64,000 nucleotides of DNA from Yuukianura sp. NJ FZ-2021 (lineage: Eukaryota), in assembly GCA_046563655.1 (NCBI GenBank), contig CM102288.1, positions 2,852,001 through 2,916,000 of the forward strand. Direction: 5' to 3'. The translations under genes and the position numbers were made by a program. Of this stretch, positions 62,737-64,000 are shown one piece after another. Position 1 is the first letter of the stretch, and each line of letters starts with the position of its first letter. The notes beneath the pieces are model-generated. The model ran no database searches. It saw only the letters and a list, made by a program, of their open reading frames with translations, and was not told the origin of the DNA.

Positions 62737-64000
62737 CCACACTTCCTCCACCGTAACTTTATTTTGTCGAATCGCAAATTCCACGTTGTATCCTTGCGTA
62801 AATTCAAATTAAGTCTAATGAATTATTCTCACCAAACCACTTATTTAAACTCTGAAAATCAGCAATGCAATTCTTTTAATTGGCTCCCTTTAAATCTAAA
62901 TTTTTTAGAAATGTTTTATTTATAGTGGTGGTGCTAGGAATTCCTTTGTTTGCCGCAGTATTCTCCAAATTCAACTAAAAAATTTAACACAAAAAATAAA
63001 TTGAAACTCAATTTATTTTGTACGAAACTTTTCTAAACTTTTGCCTTTTCGAAGACACAAATTTTTCCGTTTTCGGTTTTAAAACCGATTTCCTGTCACA
63101 TAAACCAGAGTTGATTCTTTCTGAAATATGCATAAAGGTTTTCTTTAATAAGGGGGAAGTTGATGTTCGTTTTTACAGTCTCGTCTGCTTCCTTAACGTC
63201 AAGGCACCACACCCGGCTTAATGAGCTCCGAATTCGGAGTTTTAGAACTCTCCAGCCTAAAACCGAAAACGGGGGGAAGTTTTGATGAGAATGTTTGAGT
63301 CGTCCTAAACAAGATTTACGACTAACCCCTCATCTCATTAGTAATACGAGTGACTTTGGACGGAATAAGGGAGAGGGGGACCCTTTAATGACCTCATCTT
63401 CCTTGCTTCACAAAATTTTGAAGAAAAAAGACGTCTTGAACAAAATCTCCAAGGGCTCCGCCAAGCATCCCTTGGAGACTTTTTCAGAAATTGTTTTTCA
63501 AAAAATCAAAATCTTAGACAAGTCTTGGTTTTCCTTTTGTAAATTTAATTACTACCCGGAAAATTTCAGAGAAACTGTTTTAATTAAAACAGTTTTTCAA
63601 CTTTTTAGAACAGTATTCCTAATTTTCAAAACAGTTTTTCAATTTTTCAAACAAAACTTGAAAAACTTGTGATTCATACAGTGTGGTACCTTGAAAACTT
63701 GTTCTTCTGTTATTTTTTTTTCTAGAAGTGATTGACATGTCACCGAAACCTAACATTTGCTAACCTCCTAGGCAGAAGACGTGTGATTTTAAGCGGATTT
63801 GTTCGAAAACTTTTTTTTTCTAAACGGACCTGTTCTAAAAGTTTTCTAGGCAGTACATAGTGACATGATCTTCGTCGTTGGAGATGCTGCCGGGAGAAGA
63901 CGAGAGAGTGAAGGCTATCAGTTTTCCTTAAGATCCCTGCCAAGAAGAAGACAAACAATCCAAAACCAAAGACGACACCTAAACTCCTTTTGTTCAAACC

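Noticed and set aside
63586..63670. About three degenerate ~21-bp repeats (aaaacagtttttcaa...)
   Set aside because: Low-complexity A/T-tract pattern common throughout the introns of this window.
63740..64000. Possible coding exon at the right edge (minus-strand hydrophobic ORF; plus-strand FVVGDAAGR resembling a PNKP motif)
   Set aside because: The flanking residues do not match a known family and the region is truncated by the window edge.
1..64000. CRISPR arrays, operons, tRNA/rRNA genes
   Set aside because: The DNA is eukaryotic and spliced. I saw no repeat-spacer array or recognisable structural RNA gene.

Overview
Eukaryotic, AT-rich, intron-dense genomic DNA, almost certainly from an arthropod given the allatostatin CC/CCC neuropeptide genes. 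In order, the window holds: (1) the 5' part of an axonemal outer-arm beta-type dynein heavy chain (-); (2) two tandem SLC5 sodium:solute symporter paralogs (-) with a small foldback repeat between them; (3) a full-length, apparently intact LOA-like non-LTR retrotransposon (ORF1 plus APE-RT-RNaseH-CCHC ORF2) with a perfect 14-bp target-site duplication; (4) a head-to-head pair of neuropeptide precursor genes that the ORF track only shows as fragments, allatostatin CCC (-) and allatostatin CC (+), both with non-canonical mature peptides; (5) a ~16-kb Samuel/Moses-like SAND+SAM gene (-); (6) two different MITEs, one P-like with an 8-bp TSD and one Transib-like with RSS-heptamer ends and a 5-bp TSD, in its divergent promoter; (7) a swiss cheese/NTE-like patatin phospholipase (+); (8) TOR (-); (9) a Harbinger-like MITE; (10) UBE2J2/Ubc6 (+). 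The most interesting signals are the AstCC/AstCCC cluster with a possible decayed relic of the third paralog (AstC, PISCF type) at about 13.0 kb, the Transib MITE, and many AGGTCA direct and inverted repeats in short introns, often next to splice sites. All exon structures were assembled by eye and no database search was run.
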